Part shown: positions 38,681 to 52,890 of the stretch, piece after piece
How the letters are laid out: each line of letters starts with the position of its first letter
Position numbering within the stretch: the stretch's first letter is position 1
Assembly: GCF_006345805.1 (NCBI RefSeq)
Contig: NC_043017.1
Span: forward strand, 2,108,001-2,172,000
DNA: 64,000 nt
Source: Octopus sinensis
Lineage: Eukaryota
Direction: 5' to 3'
Made by a program: the position numbers and the translations under genes
The notes under the pieces: generated by a model
Seen by the model: the letters and a program-made list of their open reading frames with translations, nothing else
What the model was told of the DNA's origin: nothing
The model's database searches: none

Positions 38681-39620
38681 ATTTAGATCATTTTGCAAAA
38701 GATTTGCTGGTTTTACTAACCGCCCTTACAACCACGTCGAGGCTCAGCCACTGATAATTATTTCCCGCAAATCTGTTTCTTCCCAAACTCCATCCATCCC
38801 ATTCTCTACAGAAGAACATAGTTTCTAATTTGTGTTAAATATTGTTGTTAGTTTCAAAAACCCAAAATTTGTCACCGCTAAAGTACATCCGCCGATTACT
38901 AGAGTGGGCCTTTCATATCTATTGACACTACTTGGAGTTGCCACTTAAAGTTTAAGTGTATTTGGCAATGACAAATCACCGCATATATTAGTGTTAAGTT
39001 GTATATATGTATTCATTTTATTCTTGGTTATACTTTTAGCTAACAGAATTAATAATGTACTTATGTAATATTATATATATGTATATATATGTATATGTAT
39101 TCATATATATATGTGTGTGTGTGTGTGTGTCCATATATATATACATTTAAAAAGTGTAGAGAATACGTTTGCTTTATATACATACATACATATATATATG
39201 TGTGTGTGTGTGTCTGAGAGTGTGTTTGTGTGTGTGTGTGCGTGTGTATGTGTGTGTGTGTTGTGTGTGTGTGGCGTGTGTAGTAAAGTCTATCTGCCAA
39301 CACAATGTGGCAGTCCTATGCAGGATGACATTGCTATTTAACCCCAGGGAAAAAATCTTATCCAGCTGGATACCGACAAATGATCTGTGTCCCTATACTG
39401 TGAGCAAATGAGTCTACTGTTCCCGTTCTAGCCGTAGCGATACGAGCAGGCCAATGCAGTACGGAATTTTTTCAGTGAACAGGTCGCGGTCTCAATATTT
39501 TGGGAAATTAAAATATTTTGGGAAATTAAATTTACATGTCGAACTGAATCTAACGGTTTTTGTGTGTTTTTGTGTGTTTTTTCAATGGCTTATAATCACA
39601 TTCCACGCTGCAATTGGTAT

Positions 39621-39666
<46 letters not shown>

Positions 39667-39764
39667 AATACACAGCTACGCCTGCGTCTAAATATATATA
39701 CAGATAGACTCAGGTATGACTGCGTGTTTCTGTGTGTGTTAGGTGTAGATATATTCGTATATAT

Positions 39765-39819
<55 letters not shown>

Positions 39820-40439
39820 ATGTATTTGTGTGGTGTAAGTATGTGTGCGAGGGTGCAGGGGCTACAAAGAAATGAATACATTGATTATATACAAGATGTG
39901 TTTTGGCTCTAGTGTGGAAACTATTAGGTCGTTGATTGATGCTGAGATCTGGCAGATCGGGAAGAACTAGACATCAGCAATGGAATGCCTGTGTGGAATT
40001 GTTATCTTCGCAGCCAGTTACGAGCATCCGACATTATTAATGTAGCTGAAGAAAATGCAGATATCACGTAGGTGGAGCAGAAGCAACACTATCTTGTTAC
40101 TACAAATGAGCTTTGGAGAAAAGACACATTTGGAGGCACAAATATTTTCTGGCTGTCATTCAGTTGCTTTCCTAAATATATTGAGAATGTGTAGTTCTCC
40201 CTGAGAGGAAAAGAGTGTTTTAGTGAGTTGCAGAAGAGAATCGCTCAAGAGTAAGCGGAGTATTACGGTGGTGATGTTTTCTTGATATATCATAAAGTTT
40301 ACGTTTCCATACTCTTCAAAGAGACAAGGTCTTTTTCTTCCACTTTAAGGATGCTTTGAGGTCTCTCTTCATGATGTCCATTTGCTAACATCGAGTGGTG
40401 CTACGCCAAGTGCGGATGATTATTGTTCGGGGATACTCG

Positions 40440-40630
40440 GCTGGAGGCAAAATGCTTAGTAGTATTTCGTACGTCTTCACGCTCTGAGTTCAACTTTCGC
40501 CGAGGTCACCTTTGCATTTCATGCTTTATGGGTCGATATATAATAAAGTAACAGTTGAGCACTGGAGTTGATGTCATCGACTAGACACCTTCCCCAAAGT
40601 TGCTGGCCTTGTACTACAATTTGAAACTAA
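40440..40630 (+). mobile_element. SINE family B, diverged
   Basis: aaatgcttagtagtatttcgt..tctgagttcaa..gccgaggtc..ctttgc..tttcat..ggtcgata..aagt. Confidence 0.7.
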
Positions 40631-40767
40631 TTTCTAGTTGGGTGCCCGGTGGTGCTATTTACGTAAGCCTGTGCCCTTGGATTTCGTGGAAAATTGGTCG
40701 TTGATGTTTTCTTTTTCTTTTCTATTTTCCTTTTGTAACATATCTCTATTACAAATATATATTTAAC

Positions 40768-40798
<31 letters not shown>

Positions 40799-41259
40799 TA
40801 TAATAATTATATATTATATATCTAATAATATATATATATTAATGGAGTGAGTGCGCTAAGCCGTGATGTGTATAAATGTAAAGTTATTACCAGTGCAGAT
40901 ATGTGCGTGGCCCATTTGCCATTTGAACCCATAAGCAGGCATTCACTTTCTTTTGTCCAGAAGAAAATTTCTCGCAATAAAGAACTGGTGTAAATGCACC
41001 TAAGTCAGCTCATAGTCTGGCTAGGTGGCATTGTAAGCTGATTACGTGTATCTACGCCGTTGTACAACAGCAAGAAATTTTCTCTATGGCAAAACGCAGA
41101 GAATGCCTTTTTTTCGTGTTCGAACGTGCCACAAGTATGTTTGAACTGGTAATAGCATTGCGTACACACACCCCCACACCACACACACCCATATAATATA
41201 TATTATATATACATATATATTATATATAATATATTTTATATACATATATATGTATATAT

Positions 41260-41296
<37 letters not shown>

Positions 41297-41340
41297 CTGT
41301 ATATTGTATGTATCTATTTAGCTATCGCTCCCTCTTTCTT

Positions 41341-41372
<32 letters not shown>

Positions 41373-41839
41373 ATATATATATATATACATACATACACAA
41401 AAGAATATGTCAATATATATGTAACAGCATGTATACACATATGTACCGGGGGGGGGACGTATGTAGGGACGTCTGTGTACAACACAATTATATTGTATAG
41501 CACATAAACATTTGGTAATTAAGAGTTGCAGATTGTTTGAATATATCGTATGAAATATCTGGTACAAATATTATATGCAATAATTGCATCGAAATGCGAA
41601 GATAAACGCACAGACGGATATTTCCATTCAATCATCTGGTGGATATCACAAATTACAACCTAACTAATGTATGCATATAATCTTGTGTGTGTATATGCAT
41701 ACGTATCTCCATACAAGCGTATCCACTGAGATAAAATAACAATCAAATATATAAACGCAGGAACAAAATACGTGCGATTGTGTTTACGTTGTACATACAC
41801 ACATACTCACTCTCACCCCTCACATTGACACACACACAC

Positions 41840-42013
41840 ACACACATACACATATATATATATATGTTTATATGTATATAGAAGTATATATACATATATA
41901 CATGAATATATATGAATATAGATATATGTATGTACATGTATATATATATGAATGCATATATATATATAAACATATATATATAAAAATACACAATATATAT
42001 ATATGTACATAGA

Positions 42014-42048
<35 letters not shown>

Positions 42049-42119
42049 TTATAGGTATATCTATCTATCTGTCTATCTATGTATGTATCTATCTATGTAT
42101 CTATGTATGTATGTATGTA

Positions 42120-42183
<64 letters not shown>

Positions 42184-42771
42184 CATATGTGTGTGTGCCT
42201 GTGTGTTTGTGTATAAGTGATAATAATGTTGTAGTATGCAACATTGATATTTATTGAGCAAAACCGATCTTAATATCACGTTTAAATAGAGTACGTTTGA
42301 TGTCTTCCGTTTATTATAATCTATATTTGTACTTTTACTTCTCCGATTCCTGTTATTATATTTGTGCTTTCCTTACTATTATAAATCATTGTTAACATTA
42401 TCATCCCTACTGTTATTAAAATCATTATTATCATTATTGCTATCGTTATCACTATTATTGCCATCAGCTTTCTACAGTTCCATGCGTACCTCTACTTATA
42501 TTGTTATTACTAACACAATTTTTATACTATTATTGTAGAGCATTGTATCTCATTTTTTATATATTTTTTCGTTAATACTTTTTTATTTGCTCCTTTTTAA
42601 TATGTTTCCTTTTTTATTATTTATTTATTGATATATTTTTTTTTCTTTCTCTGTATTTCAATAATATTCTTTTGTCATAGCGACATTACTAACACATCAA
42701 AGAATTCATGTTTTCCTATTTTGCCAGGTTAGTGGGGACTGAAAAAAACACACTAGTGTATCTATGTTTCT

Positions 42772-42837
<66 letters not shown>

Positions 42838-43148
42838 ATATATATATATATATATATACATATATAGTACATATATATTTGCATACACAAACATACATAT
42901 ATGTGAATATATATATATATACATACACACACACACATATATATATACAATATACATAAACACAGATACATGTCATATAAATATATATGTATATACATTT
43001 ATTTATATATGTAGTACATACATATTTGCATTCACATACATACATATCATATATACATATATATGCATAATCTATACACACCACATATATAGATACATAT
43101 ATACATATATATGTGAATATATACATACACTTACATATATACATATAT

Positions 43149-43181
<33 letters not shown>

Positions 43182-43190
43182 GCATACATA
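41840..43190. repeat. Degenerate (TA)n/(TACA)n low-complexity zone
   Basis: Direct reading; explains the YI-rich ORFs. Confidence 0.9.
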
Positions 43191-44761
43191 CATAAGGGGG
43201 CTTTGGGGAGTATTTAATATAATATATTTTTTTTTGTGTAGCGAGGGAAGTATTTTTTTGCGGATATTGTTGTGTTTTACCATGTTTTTTTGCTTTAGCT
43301 CTTCTTGATATTTTTTCTCTTAATTGACAGTGATATATATATTGTAGAAGAGAAAAATAACACGTTCGTAAGTGTACGTCTGGTGACGATCGTCTGTAAG
43401 CGCTCTGATAATGCATATGCGTGTATGTGTGAGAATTCGTCTGTGTTCTGCGACACATTATGGCACAAAAAAATAAAACTGGAATGGAGAAGCTAGAAAA
43501 GTTGGCATTCTTTGGCAATGTGCTACTGCATCATAAAATATTATGACATATACGTTTTCAATTAGACTTGCAAAACAATGAGACAAATGACAAAAACTGA
43601 ATCAAGAGAGGATAAAAAAACACCGACAACAAATAAATAAATAAATAAATAAATAAATAAATGGAGACGAAGACGACGATGAAATGAGATTAGTGAGTGC
43701 AGCGTCTGTTTCATTTAAAAATACCATTACTTGATTCAGCTTTATAATATCTATATTAAGAGGAATTTTATTACCATTCCATATTGAAAGTCTTTGTGTT
43801 TGTGCGGGTGTGTTTATTTTTTTACAGAAATGTATTGAAATGTATATATTTTTTCGTAGTGGTGGTGGCGGTGGAGGTGGGTCTTGGCTATGCTGATTTC
43901 TTTTTTTGTTTCGTTAGTACAAATCTATAAATCTCTGTTATACACATATTTGGCGATATGTCTTAAATATACATTTATTTAGGTGTGCTTGCGTATGCGA
44001 ACAGCTAAATATGTGTAGATGCGTGTCTACGCACGCATTCGGTAATGTAAATATAATATAATATTTGCATACATATGTGTGTGTGTGTGTGTGCGTGTGA
44101 TTGTTTGTCTGTGTGTGTGAGAGCGTGCATGTGTGTGTGCACGCTGGAGTGCATTTACGTGTGTGTCTCTGTCAGTTCAGAGAAATAAGTTCACTGTCAT
44201 GAATCCTGATAATTATTGTCAATGGCAATGCACCGAACGCAGTGCCCAAATTTTTATTTATTTATCTGTTATTTACTTATGTTTTTCTTTCGAAATTAGC
44301 AAGTGGTAGAACAGGGGAGATAACACGAAGAACGCTATATTCCACGGTGTCATCATTTCACTTGTTATGAAATAAACAGACACATTTTCTCGCTAACTGG
44401 TATATCTATCTATCTATCTTTGTTTCTATCTATCTATCTATCTATCTACCTTTCTCTTTCCTTCTATCTCTATATATATACCAGAGTAAGAACATAAATG
44501 CGAAACAAGGTGGCTAAAATAGTACTCGAATAACAGAGGTAGAGTAACAAACCGCAATTTATTTCATGCAACCGGTTAATAAAAAGACTGTTAGTTGAAA
44601 GGACCAATGAAACAAAACCATTTTCAAATGTGTATCTATCAAAGTAATCGTATTTCTGCATCTAACTTTATCTTGCTCCATTCTAAACAAAACTGTCCGA
44701 CGATCGGAAGCGTGTAACTCTGAGTACAGTCTTTGCAATATTTTTGCTGCTTTGAATAAAG

Positions 44762-44838
<77 letters not shown>

Positions 44839-45288
44839 ATATATATAACAGATTTGATTCCTACGACTTAAAGCGTCGCGGTCCTCTAACAAGAGGTTGT
44901 CTTTTTCAGGCTTAGATTGCCGAATGGAGAAATAAAGAAAGTCCAAGATGGCTGCGGGAAAATGGGCTGTTATTGGCCACGGCAAGTCACATGCTATTTT
45001 CAAATTAGGAGCGGTCGCTCAACGACAGCAGTTCCGTTAGAAAGGGGAAATATATATTTGTATATAAATATATTCAGGAATGGGCACAAAATAAGCTGCA
45101 ATCCACCCCGGAATTGTCAAAGACAGGCTTCAGTGTTTTCTAAAAATTGAATAGAAAAAATAAAACAATGGGGACGCACATAGTTTTGCATAATAAAACA
45201 AACGAATAAAAGGAGTGAACAACAACAACAACAACAACAGCAGCAGCAGCACTAGTAATAGTAGTAGTAGTAATAGTAGTAGTAGTAA

Positions 45289-45330
<42 letters not shown>

Positions 45331-45585
45331 AAATAATAATATTAATAATAACAATGATAACATAACATACATAGAATGTCCAATATTTTATATATGTTTC
45401 TATTCAACTATCAATCAATCTATCTATCTCTCACTCTCTCTCTCTCCTCTCTCTCTACCCCCCTCTCTCTCTCTCTCTCTCTCTTTCTCTGTATTGTCAC
45501 TGCAACATTACCAACAATATTTTGGTGACTGACTTGCATGTGAAGAAGGCAGAGGAGGAGGAGAAGGGGAAGAAGAAGAAGAAAT

Positions 45586-45619
<34 letters not shown>

Positions 45620-46299
45620 CGATGATGATTTTTAAGAAGGGTGAACGAGCGGTGCATTGTCATTCTTATAAACACAATATCAATTCAATCAACAATGATG
45701 CCAGTAGCAATTAATCCATTTTTTTTTTTTAATGAACAAACGAAAAGAAAGGAATACCAGATCCGTGATTCACCTTCATTAAAGGATCAGATATCGGATA
45801 TTAAAATCTAAACATGTCTCTTATTACTTTTAGGCGCTTCGAGACACAACTAGGCAAAGTTAATTTGCGGGTGGGTGTATAATTCAATAACACCTTCCTT
45901 CTCAATTTTTTTTAATCTCATGTGCGGAAGAAAACAGCTCTGAAGGGTTTGATGAAAATAAATAAATGTGGTGCAATTTCGTTGCAAATATTTTGTCTCT
46001 TTGGGGATTCGATATTCCTGGTATACACTTGATACCCTGATACTTGATGTCCTGGTAGATACTTGATGTCCTGTACCCTGGGTTTGGTGCGTAATATCCA
46101 TGCTATTTAGTGTTCATAAATCGTGTTCCGTTTATAAAATATAGTAACCTAGCAAATTGCATACAGAAGTGTTCCCTATGTTATGGATCGTCGAAGGATC
46201 AGTGAACGATCATGAAGGAATATGTGTATGGGTCTCTGTGACTGATGGTGTGCATGTGTATGATATAGTACACATATACATATATATACATCATACATA

Positions 46300-46373
<74 letters not shown>

Positions 46374-46829
46374 TTTATATATATATTTAAGAGCCCTCAC
46401 CGTTTGTATTACTGTTTCGTCTTACTGTCCTGTTTTTGTTACCACTTTAACCCTCCGCAAAAATTCCCAGATTTTATTTAATTTGCTTTGCGGGAAGGAC
46501 TGTTTTAACGAAGTCGCCTCTTGTCCTTACCATCGAAACGCGGAGTAGATAAAACCGGGGACAACTGATGAAGAGAATGTTTTTATGCTGCTTGTCTCGT
46601 TTCTTTATTTGTTTCTTCTGTTGTTCGAAATAAGTTCGTTTTCTGTTTTTGTTTTTTACGTTCTTTCTCCTTTTGTTGACGTTTTCTTGATGTCCTGTAC
46701 CCATGTATGAATGTATATAAACACATATATATGTAGGTATGTACATATACGTATGTATATATGCATATATTTATTTATTATTTATATTATATTATATTAT
46801 ATTAAATTGATGCTGTGTTCCTTTTAAAG

Positions 46830-47573
46830 ATACCGAAAAACACAATGCCTTAAAAAATACCTGAGGCTATCACCTGCCCTGCAAAAGAAAAGACCTTGGT
46901 CTTCTTTGGAGCATACGAAAGATTGTGTTTTCAATGCATGAATCGTTGCTTTGTCTCTGGCCCCACGTGATGACTCCAATACTCATCCAGCTGGATCTGA
47001 CGGAAATAGTATCAGATTTTCCCCGTGATGCGATCAGTCTAGTCAGAATACATGGCACCCACCGAGCAGAAACCTTTGTCATGACAATTTCATTGTGCAG
47101 AATATTCTCAACTCTCTCAAAGAATATGTTAACAGCATTGGCTATCTGATTTGTTGTCAGTCGTCTGTCATCCCACACGATATGGTGTACATCATAATGT
47201 TTTCTCAGCGATGGCAGTTGCAGGACGTACAGTATTCGGCCACTTCAATACTCTCCATTCCCCTCCTAAATTCAGCCGTTCACGTCATTCCCTAATGTAG
47301 CAACCATTCTGGACTGAATGTCCTTGCAAGGAGAGCAAGATAAACCCTTTTTCTGCAGGTATATAATAACACCATGGTGCCAAATTTTGTACATTTTCAA
47401 GAGAAGTCTCTAGTAGCTACTGCTGAAGTCTCTCAAGAGTCGGATATCAGTTTACTAGTAACGAAACAATGCTGTTATTTATTTGGCGAGTTGAAATTAA
47501 TGCATGCAAACTTTCACAGCTCTAGTATCAGCCCTTCATAATCAGCCTATGAACATTTCAGCTGACCCTCATA
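46830..47573 (-). mobile_element. Decayed mariner transposon, 5' half (TIR plus transposase N-terminus)
   Basis: TIR-like TATGAGGGTCAGCTGAAATGTTC ending at 47573; ATG at 47394 (MYKIWHHGVIIYLQKKGLS); DDRRLTTNQIA...ILHNEIVMTKVSARWVP (WVPxxL motif); later PETKQ..APKKTKV..AGQVIAS in shifted frames. Confidence 0.85.
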
Positions 47574-48144
47574 TGTTTACATCCACGTAAACTTGTTTCT
47601 CCAAAACAATATCTTCGCTCGTAATTTCCTCCGGCTTGGTTTTATCTCCCTTTTTCTCAAACTCTGTCTCTTATTTTCTCTGCCACATTCTGTCTCTCTC
47701 TCTGTCTCTCTCTCTCTCTCTATCTCTATCTATCTATCTATCTATCTATCTACATTATCTATCCATTTATATAGGTCCTTATGAAGGATACGTCTAAAAA
47801 CATTACATTCACATTTTCGAACTGAAAAACACTACGTTCACATATTCCCACTGAAATACAAGAGGTCTTACCAACATCCTCTTACCATCAATTGCTTTCT
47901 AGCTGGGAACGAAACACACTTTCGTTTCCAGATTAGATTATTCAATGCATCGTTAATACGTTAAGAGGGTACGATGTGATATGGTACACATCCGGCTACA
48001 GTTTATGGCCCACGAACAGTGATTAGGTCTCATAAACACAACGATTACCTCCCTGGCTCCCTCGTAGAATAACCTATATTTGAGATCTACAACTCCAAAT
48101 ATATCAGGTGTAACATACAGAAAAGAAACACGCTGTCTTTGGAA

Positions 48145-48300
48145 CAGTGGTAAGTAGTTTGCTTATGAACTACATGGTTCCAGGTTCAGTCCCACTGCAT
48201 GGCACCTTGGGCAAGTGTCTTCTACGACAGCCTCGGACCGATCAAAGCCTTGTGAGTGGATTTAGTAAAAGGAAACTGAAAGAAGTCCGCCGTAGATATG

Positions 48301-48337
<37 letters not shown>

Positions 48338-48370
48338 ATGTTTGTGTGACTGTTTGCTCGACTAAAGGCA
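48145..48370 (+). mobile_element. SINE family A, partial
   Basis: tggtaagtagtttgct..ggttccaggttcagtcccactgc..gcaagtgtcttct..ggaaactgaaagaag. Confidence 0.8.
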
Positions 48371-48386
48371 GTATGTATGTATATAT

Positions 48387-48444
<58 letters not shown>

Positions 48445-49324
48445 CATATATGTGTGCATGTGTGTGTTGTGTATGTAAAGAAGAAAGAGGTATTGATAGA
48501 CACAAATATATATATATTTGTATAGAAATGGAGAGAGAGAGAGAGTGAACGAGTGAGAGAGGCAGACATAGACACTTAGATAAATAGGTATGTAGACTAG
48601 AATGTTCTTTTTCTTTTCCATATGATTAGACAGAGATGTATGTAGTAGGGACTTCATTTCTTTTTCCGTTTAGAAATTTAATTACATTAACAGTTAAAAC
48701 TTTCTGAAACTCTTTATAATAATTATTTCTTCTTTCGCATTTGATGTTTAATGTTTTGAGGTTATTTTTATATATTTTTTCTTTGTTCCATAGAAATATT
48801 TCTATATAGATATTATGAAAAATTACATAAAACAAAACTAAACAAAACAACATCGCAACAGTAAATATTATCAATAGAATTAAACAAAAAAAAAAATAAC
48901 ACAACCTAAAAATACATTATAATAGTGAACTAAACTTAAATTTCATGTAGAAATAGATTTTGCTGAATAAATTCGAAATGCAATTACGAAGCATTAGAAG
49001 CAAAACGTATGTAAATTATTGCAATTAACAACTTATGTTCTTCTGAGAAAGTATACAATGGGTACAATACAGCCTTGGGCATGTTTCCTACGTGAATGCA
49101 AATTAACAAGCGCATCTCCTTCATTATTCATATATGTGTGTGTATTTATGTTTGTATACATGTACGTAGGCTTCTATGTATGTAATTATGTATGTACGTA
49201 CGTACGTATACATGTATGCAAATATATGTGCGCGTTTAATAAAATTATAACTTGAAAGCGATCGCTATACAGATATAAAAATGGTTTTATTCAATAGTAA
49301 ATTGTAATCTACTTTCATACTCAT

Positions 49325-49388
49325 ATGATATTATATATATATATATATACATATATTATATATATATATAAATGTATATATATATATA

Positions 49389-49433
<45 letters not shown>

Positions 49434-50010
49434 GTATATATATATTATATATATATATTATATATATATATTATAGTATATATTATATATACGTATATAT
49501 ATATATATATGTATATATGTATATATATATATATGCACGTATATATACTATATATACTTATATATATATATAGATAGATAGATAGATATATATAGATATT
49601 GTAGATATATATTATGTACGTGCGTACATATCTCTATATGAATATATGTATACACACATAGATACATATACCATTCTATCTACTATATCCCCTACTATAT
49701 GTGTGTGTGCATGTATGTATACAAACATGCATATATATGTATGCATATACATATATATATTATATATGTATATGTGTATGTGTATATGCATATACATATA
49801 TATATATATATATATATGTGTATGTGTATATATATATATATATATACTTGTATACATTTATTTATATGCATATTTATATATATACACATAACTATGTATA
49901 TAGATATGTGTATGTATATACATAGACACAGGCACACACACACATACATACACACACACACATATACACACACCATACACACACACACACATATATATAT
50001 AATAGAACTT
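49325..50010. repeat. Degenerate (TA)n low-complexity zone
   Basis: Direct reading. Confidence 0.9.
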
Positions 50011-50788
50011 TGCACTATTTTGCACATAGTATTCTCCTCAGCAATAACACGTATGTTATTCCGGTTATTTCCTTCTTATTGAATTTACAATTGCAACTGA
50101 CAATGGTTTTATTTGAACTCATAACAGCTCCATTGATATACTGCGAAATTACCACCACGCGATGCCATCCATTCCCTATTGTCTTTGCAATATTAGTCGT
50201 TCGTATGTTTTAGTTAATTAAATTCTATTGTTCTCGTTAAATACTTTCCTACTGTCTCTTCAGTCTTCAACGCTACAAGCGTTACAAACGCACTCATACA
50301 CATACATACATGCATATATATATACATATATAAGTATACATATGTATATATATATATGCATGTATGTTTGTGTGTGTGTAGGTATGTGTGTATACTGGTA
50401 TATATGAACATATGTAAATATCACCGAGCATACTGACGGTATTGTGGCTTCATTGAAGCATCACCAAACCAATCCTTATTAGGTGTTGGTGCTCACTCTC
50501 ACGCTCTCTTTCTGTCTGTCTCTCCTCTCTCTCTCTCTCTCTCTCTTACTGTCTGTCTCTCCTCTCTCTCTCTCTCTCTTACTGTCTGTCTCTCCTCTCT
50601 CTTCTCTCATCTCGCTCTCTCTCTTCTTTCCCTCTCTCTCTCTTAAGTCTCTGTGAATTTCATGAAATTAAAATTCTGAAACAATTTATTAAGTACTGTG
50701 TCGTTAGAACACGATACATGTTCGTAAATAAAATTGCCCATGCCACACACACGACATATATATATATATATAATATATATATTTATAT

Positions 50789-50822
<34 letters not shown>

Positions 50823-50863
50823 GTATATAAGTATCAAAATAACAAACGAGATATCCAGAGTTA

Positions 50864-50951
50864 ATGCAGTACGATCGTTTCATGCAACTCCATTAATTGA
50901 ACAATGCAATCATTACATCAATTTAAAATGCAGAGCAATCTTCAGCTACAC
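50864..50951 (-). ncRNA. Type I hammerhead ribozyme, intact core
   Basis: Minus strand: GTGTAG-CTGAAGA-[57 nt, TTGC...GCAT, internal AATTGA/TCAATT]-GAAA-CGATCGT-A-CTGCAT. Palindrome ACGATCGT 50871-78; GUA; stem I 6 bp with 2 GU; first stem II pair is U.U. Confidence 0.7.
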
Positions 50952-51168
50952 AAAGACATAGAATTTAATTAAATTAGAACAGATTGACACATTAGTATAA
51001 TCATACCTAAAATCTCCAAGAAGTAAGGAGATAGGCAAAAAACATACTGCTCCTACTCCACTACGTCCATTACATATCCCTGCATAGATTTGTACATATA
51101 TATGTGTATATATGCATGTGAATATATGAACTACCATTTCAACCAGCTTCGAGACAACCTGCTTGAAA

Positions 51169-51252
51169 GACCCTGAATGAAGCTCCACAGAAAAATATCC
51201 TCGTTGCCTATGGAACAGGCAATATTCTGCTCAGTAGAAACACGTGTAGGTC
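51169..51252 (+). ncRNA. Type I hammerhead-like fold with 1-nt core insertion (CUGAAUGA)
   Basis: GACC 51169-72 / GGTC 51249-52; CTGAATGA 51173-80; 56-nt stem-loop II with CAGAA/TTCTG and TTGCCT/AGGCAA; GAAA 51237-40; palindrome ACACGTGT; GUA at 51246-48. Confidence 0.6.
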
Positions 51253-51396
51253 GTCGTGATCATAAAAATACGCTTAATTACATTGTGAAATAGAAAGAAA
51301 TAAAGTTTGAGGATTTTCCATTCACTATATTGTCTCTCTCTCTAATTATTTTGCGTGTATGTGTGTATGCAAGTATATGTATATGTATATATGATA

Positions 51397-51521
51397 GATC
51401 GTTAGCCACTACACATATGTTTTCTCTCCTTGTTCTTTCTGTGTCCCTTTCTGTAGAAGAGCGTAGGCTTGAAACGTAAAAGACTTTTTCTATTCCTGAG
51501 CGTTATACTAATACATCTGTT
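51397..51521 (+). mobile_element. Short dispersed repeat carrying a minimal hammerhead-like motif (copy 1)
   Basis: 44 nt identical to 63692-63735, with similar flanks from gatcgttagc. Motif CTTT-CTGTAGA-A-GAGC-GTAG-GCTT-GAAA-CGT-A-AAAG at 51447-51482. Confidence 0.7.
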
Positions 51522-52714
51522 AGTAGAACAACAACTGCCCTTATATTATCCCAGGTATATTACTCGCATCATGGAGAGGTTTCTGTTATGTAGCTGGAGG
51601 AGAACACCCTCTTCGGTCTCACTGAATTTGGCATCTTTTTTGTTATGTTGAATGAGTAAAGGTTTAATAGATCATATCACATTGCGTTATGGAGCCGAAA
51701 TTTACATGGCTGGAACGATTAAAATCCCAATTTTTTTCCCACCCACAAGGACCGACCTGTGTGTTAATAACTTTAGCATATTTAGAAGGTTCTACTGTGG
51801 TCTGTTTTTACGAATCGTATTTGATGAAATAACAAAGTAACACCGAATACTGAGCGGCCATATTTCTGAAACGTCGACTTGATCCGAAGCATACCCATAG
51901 CAGTAGCACAGACGTACGATTCAAGAGATAACGCTTGCTCAAACAGATATAAATTGCATCAGATATGAATTGACTCGGACAACTTCATAATTTCAGTTTT
52001 ATAACATGATATTTTGAAGTGATGATCATATCAACTTGTGTGATATCATCTTTATTTTAGTGCTGATATTTTGGAGCGTTGAATACTATCGAAATTGGAA
52101 AACGGAACAGAGAAATATATATAAAATTTGATTTACACACAATCAGTTAACGCAATGATTTTGACGACGTTGTCTGAATATTATTTAGATATCAGTGAGA
52201 TATCTTTTCATCTCAACTCTGTATTCCATCTTCCGTCTCTCACTCTGTATTCTCTCTCTCTCTCACTCTTTATCTCTCTCCCCTTCTCTCACTTTATCTC
52301 TCTATCCGTCTCTCTCCTCCTCTCTCTCTCTATCTACTTATCTAATTTTCCCTCTGTCTTTCACGTGCATATATTATCTTTGTCTCTTCTGTTGTTTTTT
52401 TTCACACGTTCTTATATATTATGTGTCTCTTTTAAATACGCACACATTCGCATAGAAGAGAAAAGGAAAGGGCGAAAAAGAGAAAGAAGAAAGGAAGAAA
52501 GAAGGAGGAGGAAGAAGAAGAAGAAGAAGAAGAAGAAGATAAACAAGAAGAAAAAGAGGAAGAAGGAGAAGAAAAAGAAGAAGAAGAAGAAGAAGATAAA
52601 CAAGAAGAAAAAGAGGAAGAAGAAGAAGAAGAAGAAGAAGAAGAAAAATCCTAATTATTTTTAGAACGCATTTTTTCTATGATGATAGCCACCTGAAGAC
52701 TATTGCTCATGATA

Positions 52715-52890
52715 TAGGTTTCAAATTTGACACAGGGCCATGAATTTTGGGGAAGAGTTAAGTGCTCGGCTGGTACTTATTTTATCATTCCCAACCTCGG
52801 CAGAATTTGAAATCAGAACGTAAGGATAGACGATATGCCGCTAAGTATTAATATTACGGCATACAACCGTCTCTGACCGCTCAGCGCTTT
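52715..52890 (-). mobile_element. SINE family B fragment
   Basis: ctggtacttattttatc..acctcggcagaatttgaaatcagaacgtaa..gacga.atgccgctaag. Confidence 0.65.

Noticed and set aside
39960-40200. Nearly open plus-strand frame (ELDISNGMPVW...) with one internal stop
   Set aside because: No recognisable motif or splice signals; could be an old transposon fragment but is unsupported.
46530-46580. GAAACGCG ... CTGATGA (possible type II hammerhead)
   Set aside because: Stem I cannot form between the putative GUA site and the core.
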